Below, in pieces: positions 10,354-20,121 of a stretch of 64,000 nucleotides of DNA. Positions within the stretch are counted from its first letter, which is position 1. Every line of letters starts with the position of its first letter. A model generated the notes under the pieces. That model ran no database searches. It worked only from the letters and a program-made list of their open reading frames with translations, and was not told the origin of the DNA. A program made the translations under genes and the position numbers. Source of the DNA: a virus; IMG/VR virus record IMGVR_UViG_3300032116_000104, positions 20,373 through 84,372 of that record. One strand, 5' to 3'.

Positions 10354-13300
10354 TTAGAGGTCTTGAATCTCAACTTCTCTTCCGCGCTGATTGCGTCGGT
10401 TGACCGTTCTGGAACTCAACTCCTCAACCGTTCTGTCAATGAATGTAGCCATGGCTGCTTTAGCGAGCATGTCAAGCATGGTTGCAAACTTCTGCTGACG
10501 CTCGTTGCCTCCGATGGCACCTTGACGGTCAATGACCACCATCATGGCGTCAAGGATTTCATCAACTTCATCTCTGGTCATCAGGATGCGCCCAGCGTTG
10601 GTTCTTCTGCTGCCCAACTTGGCTGCCTCTTGACGACTGATGAGGTCTTGAAGCGCCTTGAGGGCGTCTGATGTTCTCTTGTCCTGAGCCTTGTCTGCCT
10701 CACGGATTTCCTTCGGCAGTGAGTCAAGAATATCTTTGAAGAAAGTGGCTTCTGCCTTGATTTCCGTGCGGCCCTGCTTGGAGTCGGTTGACGACCTCAG
10801 GCCTCTCGTGTTCCGCGAGCGGGCGGCCACATAATCCCTAACTTCCTGGGACACCACCCTGTTGGCATTGACTGGGACACTTGAGCGGAGACCCTCACCC
10901 ATGCGTCGGGTAATGACTTCTCCTGCTGCTGGCTCCGCGTCTGGAGTTGGGACATTGTCGTCAATGTCCAGTGGGCGGCCCTCAACTCTCCTGACAACAC
11001 CGCCAGTATCGTCAAACGCATCGTCTGAAATGTCGGCAATGTCGGCAGCAGCGCGACCCCTTCTCGGTGCAACCTCTATCTCTGGTCCATCCTTAATGAA
11101 CTTGTCATTCTTGTAATAAGTGTCCAGTCCGTTAAGGGTTCTCAAGAGTGTTTCTGCTCGCTGAATAATCTTCTCTGCTGGACCATCGGTATCGTCGGCT
11201 TCCTCGGCGTCAGCGAGGTAGTTCTTAACTCTCTGGATGGCAGCCTTGATTTGGTTCCTGCTCAGGTCTTCGCTGTCCATAATGTCAGCGATTTCATCCC
11301 AGGCCTCAGCATGGAGTTCATCAATTCTGCCCCTGTCTGAAAGTCTTGAAGCGTCGTTGACGGTCTTGTCAAGGAAGTTGTTGATTCTTCTTGAGTCGTC
11401 TCTACGCTCCGTGGTTGCGTCTTCGTCATTTGCAGGACGAGGCTTGACGGCAACTTCTTTTGGCCCCTGTTGTGGCTGGCGTTGTGTCGGCTGCACTGGG
11501 CCCCTCTCGGCACGACGAGCCCCACGCTCTGCCCTTCTTTCGTCAGAAGCCTCTCTATCAAGCACTTCCTTCATAACGCGCTCATAGTCAACTTTGCGCA
11601 TTCCACTTCTCTCTGGAGAGTGGTCTGCCATCCAGTTGAACTGTTGTTCTGCCGTCATGCCATCCCAGTTATCTGGCTTCATGCTCTGGAATGTCTTGCC
11701 CTTGCTGTCTTCCTTGGCCCTAGAGCCCATCGGGCGTCCTTTGCTGCCACTGCGACCAGTATCACCGAGTCCTGTTACGCGGATTCCACCTCCGCCAGTA
11801 TCGTCATCGCTGGTTGATGAACGCATGCCACGACCACTTGACTTCTTGGGATTGGCATCGCCAGTAATATTGCTGTACAGGGTATCAAGGGCCTTCCAGT
11901 CCTTCGCAAGAAGCGTTCCGTCCCCACGCCTGTTGTACTCCTCTCGGATTCTCATTGAGACGCCGAGGCTTCCACCCCTTGCGCTGTTCATGAAGAACAC
12001 GAGTTTCTTCTGGCGGGCCTCATCAATGTCCGCAGGAGCGCCATTGTTATTATTTGAACGAAGGCCTAGGTTGCCGCGCTTGCCAGCCTGCTGGTCTTCC
12101 CAGTTGAGGCTCACATACTTTCCGCCCTCTGATTCGGCGGCCTGGTCAATTACGCCCTGAATGTCGGAGGTAACAACTGTTCTGCCGTCTCGGCGTGGCT
12201 CTTTTGCCGACTCAATGGCGTCTTCAATCTGCTCAACCTCGTCTGGGGTGAGGTCAACTTTGCCATTCCTTGCGTTTTTAAGTTTCTCGTCAAGAGCATC
12301 AAGCGCTGCACCATTGGCAGAAAAACGCTTGAGCATTGGAATCTCGTCGCGAAGTTGTGCAATCTCATCGTCGCTGAGCGTCATTGATAGATTGTTTGCA
12401 ACTCTTCTTGTTGAAGAACGCATTCCCTCATCTGAATCGGTCCGTGACTGTTGTGCCGCCTCGCGACGACGCATTGCACGCAGTTCCGCCTTGCGAACAT
12501 CTTCACGACGCATTCCGAGAGACTCGGCCACTTCCTGGAGTGATTCACCTGCCTCGCGGCGTCTCAGAATTCGGTTTTCCGTTTTTTCTCTTTTTGCCCT
12601 TTCAAGACCTTCCTTGACGGTGGGTCTTGGTTTCCTGGCGGCGCGCGCAGTTGTGACCGCCCTGTCTTTCCCAGTCCAGTCCTTGAAAATCCTTGCCCTG
12701 GTCGCAAAATCACCTATTCCTTTATCGTCCCATGCATCAAAAACTCTTTCAGTTATTCCATCACCCCATGGGCCCATCATTTCCCTAACAGACGGGTTCT
12801 GCACTGGGAAGTCATCATCTATGCCCAGAGCGCTGGCAATTTGCTCGGCAACGATTTCCCCAAAACCGTTCAATACATCAACGAATGCCGATTCTTCTCC
12901 TTCGTCCCCAAATAGTCCATCAGACATGAGCCTGACCGCATCCTCTGCGAGAGAATCCATGCGAGAACGCATATTTTCTCTGGTAAATGGGGTGTTGGCA
13001 GCCGCATCAAAGAGTTCTTCAGTCCTGCTCCGAGACGACTCATCCAGGTCACGAATCATTGACCTTCCTGACTCCCTTTTACGCACATCAGACACTCTGT
13101 CTTTTCTGTCACGAGTTGACGACATCAGACCTCTAATGCGTGCCTTTTGCTTATCGTTTGGATTTGGACGAATGGGCAATTTTTCAATATTGCGCTCCAT
13201 GCGGTCACGCCAGTCATCCAGAAGTTCAATTATCTCATCTTTGCTGAAAGAGTCCCAGTTTCGCAGCCACTCTCCCGTTGGGTCATCTGGGTCAGGGAGA

Positions 13301-16300
13301 TACTCATTATCTGGGATGTTCGCTGCCTTGACTCTTTCCTCAAGAAGGTCACGAGCAAGGTAGGCAATATCAGTGACAGCCGTTCTATCTCCGCCACCTC
13401 CAGTGTTTCTGACACCATTTGCGGCTATGTCAATTATTGACTGACGGATACGATTTAGTTCATCGCCAATGTTTTCTGGAGTTATGTCAGTGAGAACTAT
13501 TGATTCAAAAAGTTCCATCGCTCTGTCTGCTGTGGCGGCATCCCATCCACCGCCCTGCTGCCCAGGCTGCATGAACCCCCTGATGTCACGCAACTCTTTT
13601 GACGCATCAAGTCTTGCCTGACGCGCCTGTTGTGCTGCCGCAGATGCGCGCCCTGCCTCTACGTCCCTCATATTGACGACTTCTACATCGCCAGTGCTGG
13701 AACGGACTCCTGTAGTTGGAAATTTGTTATTTAACCCATTGGTCAGGGTATTGATTTCGTCTTCTGAGAATCCAAGTTCTCTGAGTTTGCCAACAATGTC
13801 TGACTCAATTTTCTGACGCGCCTCGCGAGACTCCGTTGGGTCAATCTTGCCCTTTTCATCACGCTTGACCATTCCAGAGCCGCGCTTACCGAGGTTCTCG
13901 GTCGTGGAGCGCATTCCACTACGGCGACGCGCTGGGTTCAGGTTCTCAAGTTCTTCTTTAGAAACACCTTCAACAATGACCCTTCTTGCGGTCTTGGCGA
14001 CTTCAAGTTGTCTGGCGAGCCTGGCTTCGTCTGGGCTTGGCTTGGCTCTCTCCATGTTCATATCGTCAACAGCAAGTTTGAGAACTCTATTCATGTCCTC
14101 AAAGTTGGTAGTCCCATTCTTCATGTCACGAATGAGGCCATCAACCCAATCCTTGTCAAGGCCGCCCCTTGCCGAGTAGGCGGTTGGATAGTCTTCTAGT
14201 GACTCTTCAATATCTCTCAGAAACTCTGAAATTCTTCTGCCGCGACGGTCGGTAATTGACAGCGGTGAGTCCATTGAAGAACTCCTGAGACCACGAGCAC
14301 GATTCATGCGTGGGTCTCCTCTGGTCTCTGCAATCTCCCATGCACGGAGGTCTTCCGCTCTGACGCCAAGGATTCCAGCAAGTTCACGAACTGGCGTTCC
14401 TTCAAAGCGCTTACGCAAGATGAATTCAGCAAGAGCCCTATCGGTGTCCTGGAATCGCGGCTCCTGACCTGGCTCCCCTCGTTGCGCAAGTTGTGCTGGT
14501 GTTCGTGCTGGGATGAGGTCTTTCGCCCTCTTCTTAATTTCCTGAATTTCTAGTTTCCGCACTTCTTCGCGCGACATACCATACTCTTCAGCAACATCAT
14601 CAAGTACTTTGCCAGCAAGACGAGCATCAACAATCGCCCTGTCTCTGTCAATCTCAACCTGCATATCGTCCAGCAGCGCATCAACATCGTCTCTATCGGT
14701 TGAGGAACGAAGGCCTCTTCTTGAGCCACCCGCATCTATGGAATCAGCAAGTTGCTGAATATCCTCAAACGGACCACCACGGTCTCTTCCGTATGCAGAG
14801 AGAGTGGCTATTAAAGCCAGTCTTGCGTTGTTCTTATCGTCCTCGCTAAGAGGAGACTTTGGCCTTCTTCTGCTCGGAAAGAATTTTGTAAAATCATCTC
14901 TGTCGCCGTCAGACAGTTTTATATATTGGTCTTTAAGTGTTGAAATAAGGTCGCTTAGTTCTTCTGCGCCAGGAAATTCGTCTGGAATGTCGCCTTGCAT
15001 TACTGATGCAACTGTCCAGTCTGAACCAGGCTGCGGGGGAAAGTAATCGCCCTGTTCGCTAGGCATAAACCGCGAAAGAACCTCCCCGAGGTTTTCAAGG
15101 AGAATTTCATCTACATCATCCATTGATGTATCACCGTCATTGCCAAGACTTGCGTCAAGCGCCTCTATTGCTCGCTGAAGTGCTTTTGTCTGCTCATCTA
15201 TGGTCATTTCCGCAAAGCGGTCTCCCATTGCGTCAATAATTTCTCTTTGCTCTACGCTATTGGCCTTTGCCGTTCTTGAGCGAAGCCCATCAGGGCGACC
15301 CTTGGAGTCTCCAGCACTTTGCATGCTACGCACCATGTTACGAAGCGCATCAGAGTTTTGCTTATCCGTACTACGAACTCGCTTGTTATTTACTGAGTCA
15401 AGAACTGTGCCGAGGGCAAGAAGAGACGCAATTTGGTCGTCTTCTGACACTGCTCTCTTCCCTCTGGTTTTATACATGTCACCAAAGCGACCCTTGCCGC
15501 CAAGTTTTTCATAGGCATCCTGGACTTCACTCAGAAGGTCACTGACGCTCTCTTTGTCAACGCTCTCTGAACCATCAAGAATTTTGGATGCTGAGTAATC
15601 ACCCGATGGCGCTTCCACGGATAGAAAATCACTCATTAGTTCAGACAGGTATTCTCTGTAGAAATCAATTTCATCGTCACCAGTGGCATCAAACAATTCC
15701 AACTGGTCTTTAACGATATTTCTAAAAGCCTCTTTTCTTTCAGATGGAGACATTTTTGCCATTGATTCAATTGCTGTTCCAGAACGCAGTCCACCATCAC
15801 GACGGTTCTTGGCCTCAAGTTCGGCTTGTCGCACATCCTCGCGACGCATGTTGAGCGACTGAGCAACATCCTGTAGTGACTCCCCAGCCTCGCGGCGCTT
15901 GAGAATCTCATCGTTTGTCTTGCGCTTTGCATCGCGCTGGCGGATTGCCCGAAGTTCAGCCTTTCGCACGTCTTCGCGGCGCATGCCAAGGGACTCGGCT
16001 ACGTCCTGCAAGGACTCTCCAGCCTCACGGCGCTTCAAGATGGAGGCGTCGTCGTTGCTGTCTTTTCCACCAGATGAACGGAGACCACGACCAGTGTTGA
16101 TGCCCTGCCCCTGGGCGGCCTGAATTGCCGCCTGAGTATTTACGCGACCACGCGTTGACCTGTCGTTGACGCCTGGAATCGCAGGTCTTTGGAACGGTGT
16201 CCCTTCTTGAACGATGCCATCGCCGTCACCGTCCCAAGCGTTGGGGTCAAATCTAGCGGTTAGGCCTCTTGCGAGGCGGCGTCCTTTTCCCCCTCCGCCA

Positions 16301-17643
16301 CCACCAATCGCTCGCCCGATGCGATTGCCAAGCCCCTTCTTTAGAGTTTCAACTGCATCAATGAACTCGGGAGTGACACCAGAGGTAATCACGATTCCCT
16401 TTTCAGAGACATATGAATCTACGCGGTGGTAATCCATGATTGGGTCAAGGAGTTGCTTCGTGTGGAAAGCATTATTGATGTCAACTGGGATGACATACTC
16501 TGCTGACTTCACTTCAACTTCCTTCTCTGCCGAAGCAAGGACATCTTGGAGCATTTCCATGACATTCTTCAGTTTTGCAAGGTTGCGCTTGTTGAGCGAG
16601 CGGCCAATCTTCTCCTCAATGTCATCAAGGAAGAAGTCGTCAAAGTCCAAGTCGTCGGACTTTCCTGGCATTGGCATGAAGTCGTCTGGGTCATCCCCAA
16701 GATAGGCGTCCCCCTGCGGCTTCATTGACACAGCAAAAGCCTGTGCTGGAGATGACGGTATGGCGGGAATCTCTGGCGTGTAGACAGTCTGACTCTGGAC
16801 GCGCTCAGGCTTGCCAAACATGAATTGACCATCCTGGAAGTGGAATGCCACTCTGTATGTTGACGACTCACCGTCGCTTGTCAGTCTGTCAAAAACAACA
16901 GTGTTCTCTGTTGCGGCCCTCACGATGACGTTGGAGCCAGACCGCTTGACAAGTTCCCTTCTGAGGGCAACCATCAGCGGGTTCTCTGGGGCAGATGGAC
17001 GAACTGGGCGAACGGCCTGCTGTGGCTTCGGCGCCATTGGCTTCATCATTCCAGACGGCATTCCAGGGCTGTGCGGCATGCCTGGCATGCCCATCATTCC
17101 GTGACCCTTCTCCTCATCCGCCAGAGTAGTATCTGACTTAACCGAAATCGTGCCAGTCAGTTGGTTGGCTCCATGAAGAACTGGGGAAACCTCGTAAAGT
17201 TCCACCTCTCTGAGGATGTTGGCCTGAAGATTAGGGTCAAAAGACGCCTGAATGGTCTTGTAGCCAATTGACCACTCCTGCTCCTCACCAAAGAAGGCAA
17301 CATTGGCGAAAGCCTCACGGCCCTTCTCTGAATTGAGGTTGAACTGAACGCGAGCGTAAAGACCGCCGATTCCAGCAGCCTTCATCTTTCCTGGCAGTCT
17401 TGAGTCGGTTGGGGGAACTTCGTAAATCTCCAAAACCTTGCCGATGGGGTCATTCCAGTTGTGTCCCCAGACGACTCTTGGCTTGCGTCGCTTCAGACTT
17501 GAGTTAAAAGCACCTGGGAGAAGAACATCACCGACGCTGTCCTTGTTTCCGACGCCAGCAACGAAGCACTCAACGATGCCCTGAGCCTGGTCAACATTGA
17601 ATGTTCCAGAACTCGCTTTGAACTCAATATCAGAAAAAGACAT
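10354..17643 (-). CDS. HK97-family prohead protease fused to about 2250 aa of multi-module extension
   Basis: N-terminal DSVGDVLLPGAF, VVWGHNW..PIGK, WSIGY, LYEVSPVLHGAN motifs; lies directly after the portal. Confidence 0.9.
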   Translation of the reverse strand: MSFSDIEFKASSGTFNVDQAQGIVECFVAGVGNKDSVGDVLLPGAFNSSLKRRKPRVVWGHNWNDPIGKVLEIYEVPPTDSRLPGKMKAAGIGGLYARVQFNLNSEKGREAFANVAFFGEEQEWSIGYKTIQASFDPNLQANILREVELYEVSPVLHGANQLTGTISVKSDTTLADEEKGHGMMGMPGMPHSPGMPSGMMKPMAPKPQQAVRPVRPSAPENPLMVALRRELVKRSGSNVIVRAATENTVVFDRLTSDGESSTYRVAFHFQDGQFMFGKPERVQSQTVYTPEIPAIPSSPAQAFAVSMKPQGDAYLGDDPDDFMPMPGKSDDLDFDDFFLDDIEEKIGRSLNKRNLAKLKNVMEMLQDVLASAEKEVEVKSAEYVIPVDINNAFHTKQLLDPIMDYHRVDSYVSEKGIVITSGVTPEFIDAVETLKKGLGNRIGRAIGGGGGGKGRRLARGLTARFDPNAWDGDGDGIVQEGTPFQRPAIPGVNDRSTRGRVNTQAAIQAAQGQGINTGRGLRSSGGKDSNDDASILKRREAGESLQDVAESLGMRREDVRKAELRAIRQRDAKRKTNDEILKRREAGESLQDVAQSLNMRREDVRQAELEAKNRRDGGLRSGTAIESMAKMSPSERKEAFRNIVKDQLELFDATGDDEIDFYREYLSELMSDFLSVEAPSGDYSASKILDGSESVDKESVSDLLSEVQDAYEKLGGKGRFGDMYKTRGKRAVSEDDQIASLLALGTVLDSVNNKRVRSTDKQNSDALRNMVRSMQSAGDSKGRPDGLRSRTAKANSVEQREIIDAMGDRFAEMTIDEQTKALQRAIEALDASLGNDGDTSMDDVDEILLENLGEVLSRFMPSEQGDYFPPQPGSDWTVASVMQGDIPDEFPGAEELSDLISTLKDQYIKLSDGDRDDFTKFFPSRRRPKSPLSEDDKNNARLALIATLSAYGRDRGGPFEDIQQLADSIDAGGSRRGLRSSTDRDDVDALLDDMQVEIDRDRAIVDARLAGKVLDDVAEEYGMSREEVRKLEIQEIKKRAKDLIPARTPAQLAQRGEPGQEPRFQDTDRALAEFILRKRFEGTPVRELAGILGVRAEDLRAWEIAETRGDPRMNRARGLRSSSMDSPLSITDRRGRRISEFLRDIEESLEDYPTAYSARGGLDKDWVDGLIRDMKNGTTNFEDMNRVLKLAVDDMNMERAKPSPDEARLARQLEVAKTARRVIVEGVSKEELENLNPARRRSGMRSTTENLGKRGSGMVKRDEKGKIDPTESREARQKIESDIVGKLRELGFSEDEINTLTNGLNNKFPTTGVRSSTGDVEVVNMRDVEAGRASAAAQQARQARLDASKELRDIRGFMQPGQQGGGWDAATADRAMELFESIVLTDITPENIGDELNRIRQSIIDIAANGVRNTGGGGDRTAVTDIAYLARDLLEERVKAANIPDNEYLPDPDDPTGEWLRNWDSFSKDEIIELLDDWRDRMERNIEKLPIRPNPNDKQKARIRGLMSSTRDRKDRVSDVRKRESGRSMIRDLDESSRSRTEELFDAAANTPFTRENMRSRMDSLAEDAVRLMSDGLFGDEGEESAFVDVLNGFGEIVAEQIASALGIDDDFPVQNPSVREMMGPWGDGITERVFDAWDDKGIGDFATRARIFKDWTGKDRAVTTARAARKPRPTVKEGLERAKREKTENRILRRREAGESLQEVAESLGMRREDVRKAELRAMRRREAAQQSRTDSDEGMRSSTRRVANNLSMTLSDDEIAQLRDEIPMLKRFSANGAALDALDEKLKNARNGKVDLTPDEVEQIEDAIESAKEPRRDGRTVVTSDIQGVIDQAAESEGGKYVSLNWEDQQAGKRGNLGLRSNNNNGAPADIDEARQKKLVFFMNSARGGSLGVSMRIREEYNRRGDGTLLAKDWKALDTLYSNITGDANPKKSSGRGMRSSTSDDDTGGGGIRVTGLGDTGRSGSKGRPMGSRAKEDSKGKTFQSMKPDNWDGMTAEQQFNWMADHSPERSGMRKVDYERVMKEVLDREASDERRAERGARRAERGPVQPTQRQPQQGPKEVAVKPRPANDEDATTERRDDSRRINNFLDKTVNDASRLSDRGRIDELHAEAWDEIADIMDSEDLSRNQIKAAIQRVKNYLADAEEADDTDGPAEKIIQRAETLLRTLNGLDTYYKNDKFIKDGPEIEVAPRRGRAAADIADISDDAFDDTGGVVRRVEGRPLDIDDNVPTPDAEPAAGEVITRRMGEGLRSSVPVNANRVVSQEVRDYVAARSRNTRGLRSSTDSKQGRTEIKAEATFFKDILDSLPKEIREADKAQDKRTSDALKALQDLISRQEAAKLGSRRTNAGRILMTRDEVDEILDAMMVVIDRQGAIGGNERQQKFATMLDMLAKAAMATFIDRTVEELSSRTVNRRNQRGREVEIQDL

Positions 17644-17733
17644 AAGACTCCCTTGGTCTTCTTTGATAATAAACGAACGGCGGGTCCTGTTGATGCAAGT
17701 AATGACGCTTATGCGTATGTTTCAGTAAATTAT

Positions 17734-19830
17734 TTACTGAAATGACCCTTGGACGCCAGCGTTCCACGCACGACGGGCTTCCTGTTCAGCGATTTCTGGC
17801 CTCTTCTTGCCCAAGAGGTTAGTGAACGTAGAGACGATTGAACTCCTGAAAAGCGTGCTTCGGATGTCCTCATCTGGGGCGTTGAGGGAAGTGAACATTG
17901 ACGCACTCAGTTCACCAAATGTCTCGTCATTCACTAGATTGATGCGCTCAATCTGGGAATTCACATGAGCGATGGCATCCTCTCGGGTGAATGGGGCAAT
18001 CGGTAGACGCTTCTCCGCATAGGTTTCGCGGGCATCATTCATGATGGAAGTCAGGACTGGCCTGATGTCTTCCTCAATCTGTCTAGTCCATGTCTCCCTG
18101 TTGAAGATGGAGTCAATTTCCAAGGATGCCGTGGCGAGTTGCTTCTTCGCCTTGGCTCCGCTGGCCTTTTCCAGAACGACCCTCTGTTGCCTCTCAAAGA
18201 TTCTCTCTAGGCTTCTGTCAAGAATCTGGGTCCATCTAGTGAGGGCAATATTGGACGCTTGGTCCAATTCTTGGTCCACCTTGGTTTGAATTGGCGAGTT
18301 AGCCAACGCCGACATTTGTTGTGGTGCTGGTGGCTCTTCTGTGGTGGCCATTTCGGGTGGAGCATCGTTTGGCCCCATTGGTGCTGGCGGCTCCGCTGCT
18401 TGGGCAGCAATTTGCATGGCGCCCTGCATGGTCGTTGCATCTGGCGGTCCTTCTGGGGCGGCGTCAGTTGGCGGCATTCCTGGCATTCCTGGCATTCCTG
18501 GAGCACCTGGGGCACCTGGCATCCCTGGCATCCCTGGCATCCCTGGCATTCCTGGAGCACCTGGCATCTGTGCCTGCGGACCCTCTTCCATCTTCTTCTT
18601 GGTATTGGCGATGGGGGTGAGATTCGGGTTCATGAGAAGCGAGTCAGCAAGGTCGCTCTGAACATCCTTGCGTCCAGAATTAATTCTGTACTCGTTGGTA
18701 CTGATGAGTCCATTCTGGAACTCATCCATGAGGTAGCGCTGGCGCTCCTGCTCGTACAGAATCAGGACTGGAACATCCGATGTATCAAAGTCAATGTAAT
18801 TGTTTTCATCAAGTTCGTCAAGGGCGCGACCGAGAATTTCCAGATGCGGAAGCATTGTTTCGTTCCAGAAGACTCTGTGCTCCTCTGCGGCGTTGCTGAA
18901 TGTCCTGCCCGCAGCGTTGCCAATGACCGACTCTGGCACTCCGAATGAAGCAAGAATCTCCTCTTTTGTGATTTGCCTCATCTGCATGTAGGCCGCATCA
19001 CGGGGAGACGCAGATGTGTCAACATAATCAACACCTTCGTCCGAAGAAATAACCGTTGTCTGACCCGTTCTGCTCAGGTTTCCACGGAAACGATTCTTGA
19101 TTTCCTCTTTGTCGTCCTCGTCAATTTCCCCCCTGAGGACGATTAGTCCACCAGGACGACCGTCATTCAGCAAGTAGTTTCTGTTATAGACCTTTGCAAG
19201 ATTCTCAATCTCTACGGCGACACCAGCGGACTCAAGAGGCGTCATTGAGAGGTACGGGTCAAGCGGGTGTGGCTTGCGAATCCAGACCACATCATCTGGC
19301 TTCATGATGATTGTTCTGCCGTCTGGCATGATGACCTCATAGCCAGCGACAAAGTTCTTTGGGTCTGGAATTGGCGCGGTGGACTGCGGTGGCAAAAGGT
19401 TCAGGGCGATAACGGTTCCGTCTCTGGAACGAATCTTCTCAATGAACGCACCTCTGGTGCTCATGAGAATCTGTGAGGAAAGCCTGTATCGGAAGATGAA
19501 GGAGTTCTCTCCTATGTTCGCTTTGGTATTGAAGATTTTCAACAGGGGGCTGTCCTTAGCCGCCTTGCCGCCAAGAATCTGCCCGTCAGGTGAGTTATCC
19601 TTGCGAAGAATGACTGGAAGCCTTGCCTGGTTTCCAGCGATGGCATCAATGCATCGCGACACCCAAGTGACCTTCTGCATGCCCTCGCGATAAACGCGCT
19701 CAATGTCCCATGAGTCCTTGTAGCCACGGCCTGCATAGGCGGGGTTCATTGCGATGGGGGCGCCAGGACCTATTGCCGCCTTGGAAGAACCTGAGTTCAG
19801 TGACTTATTTTGATAACTATTCCAGGCCAT
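17734..19830 (-). CDS. Portal protein (HK97-like) with PGM linker and helical C-terminal extension
   Basis: WVSRCIDAIA, MTPLESA, NDGRPGGLI, ILASFGVPESVIG, TNEYR motifs. Confidence 0.9.
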   Translation of the reverse strand: MAWNSYQNKSLNSGSSKAAIGPGAPIAMNPAYAGRGYKDSWDIERVYREGMQKVTWVSRCIDAIAGNQARLPVILRKDNSPDGQILGGKAAKDSPLLKIFNTKANIGENSFIFRYRLSSQILMSTRGAFIEKIRSRDGTVIALNLLPPQSTAPIPDPKNFVAGYEVIMPDGRTIIMKPDDVVWIRKPHPLDPYLSMTPLESAGVAVEIENLAKVYNRNYLLNDGRPGGLIVLRGEIDEDDKEEIKNRFRGNLSRTGQTTVISSDEGVDYVDTSASPRDAAYMQMRQITKEEILASFGVPESVIGNAAGRTFSNAAEEHRVFWNETMLPHLEILGRALDELDENNYIDFDTSDVPVLILYEQERQRYLMDEFQNGLISTNEYRINSGRKDVQSDLADSLLMNPNLTPIANTKKKMEEGPQAQMPGAPGMPGMPGMPGMPGAPGAPGMPGMPGMPPTDAAPEGPPDATTMQGAMQIAAQAAEPPAPMGPNDAPPEMATTEEPPAPQQMSALANSPIQTKVDQELDQASNIALTRWTQILDRSLERIFERQQRVVLEKASGAKAKKQLATASLEIDSIFNRETWTRQIEEDIRPVLTSIMNDARETYAEKRLPIAPFTREDAIAHVNSQIERINLVNDETFGELSASMFTSLNAPDEDIRSTLFRSSIVSTFTNLLGKKRPEIAEQEARRAWNAGVQGSFQ
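18470..18570 (-). repeat. 9-bp tandem repeats encoding (PGM/PGA)n
   Basis: Repeated cctggcatt/ccctggcat units. Confidence 0.9.
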
Positions 19831-19833
19831 TTT

Positions 19834-20073
19834 TTACTCAAGCCCTAAAAGGAATCCGAATATTCCGCATGCCACACCAGCCACAATAAAACCAAGGGCA
19901 GGGTTGAATAATCCCGCGCCAATACTGGTCAACAGTATAAACGACAGCATAAAGAGGTTGGCGAATGTCTGCCTAGTAAGTATCGCTTTGATGTAGCGTT
20001 GAATGGAGACCCAAAACACGCGAAGGCGGGCTTTGGCTCTTTGCTGTAGTGATGGTTTTGGCTGCCTTGGCAT
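19834..20073 (-). CDS. Small membrane protein upstream of the portal
   Basis: Two hydrophobic helices; TAATGT -10 box 7 nt upstream (leaderless). Confidence 0.75.
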   Translation of the reverse strand: MPRQPKPSLQQRAKARLRVFWVSIQRYIKAILTRQTFANLFMLSFILLTSIGAGLFNPALGFIVAGVACGIFGFLLGLE

Positions 20074-20121
20074 ATGAACAACATTACCTTATACGACGAA
20101 CGGCTGTCGGAGGGCATATTT

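Noticed and set aside
12161-13363. 400-aa + strand ORF and many other long antisense ORFs over the giant genes
   Set aside because: Ser/Leu-rich shadows of the minus-strand coding frame, with no RBS or motifs
10789-16086. GLRSS copies as a DNA repeat, CRISPR array or recombination sites
   Set aside because: Codons differ between copies and spacing is irregular; conservation is at the peptide level only
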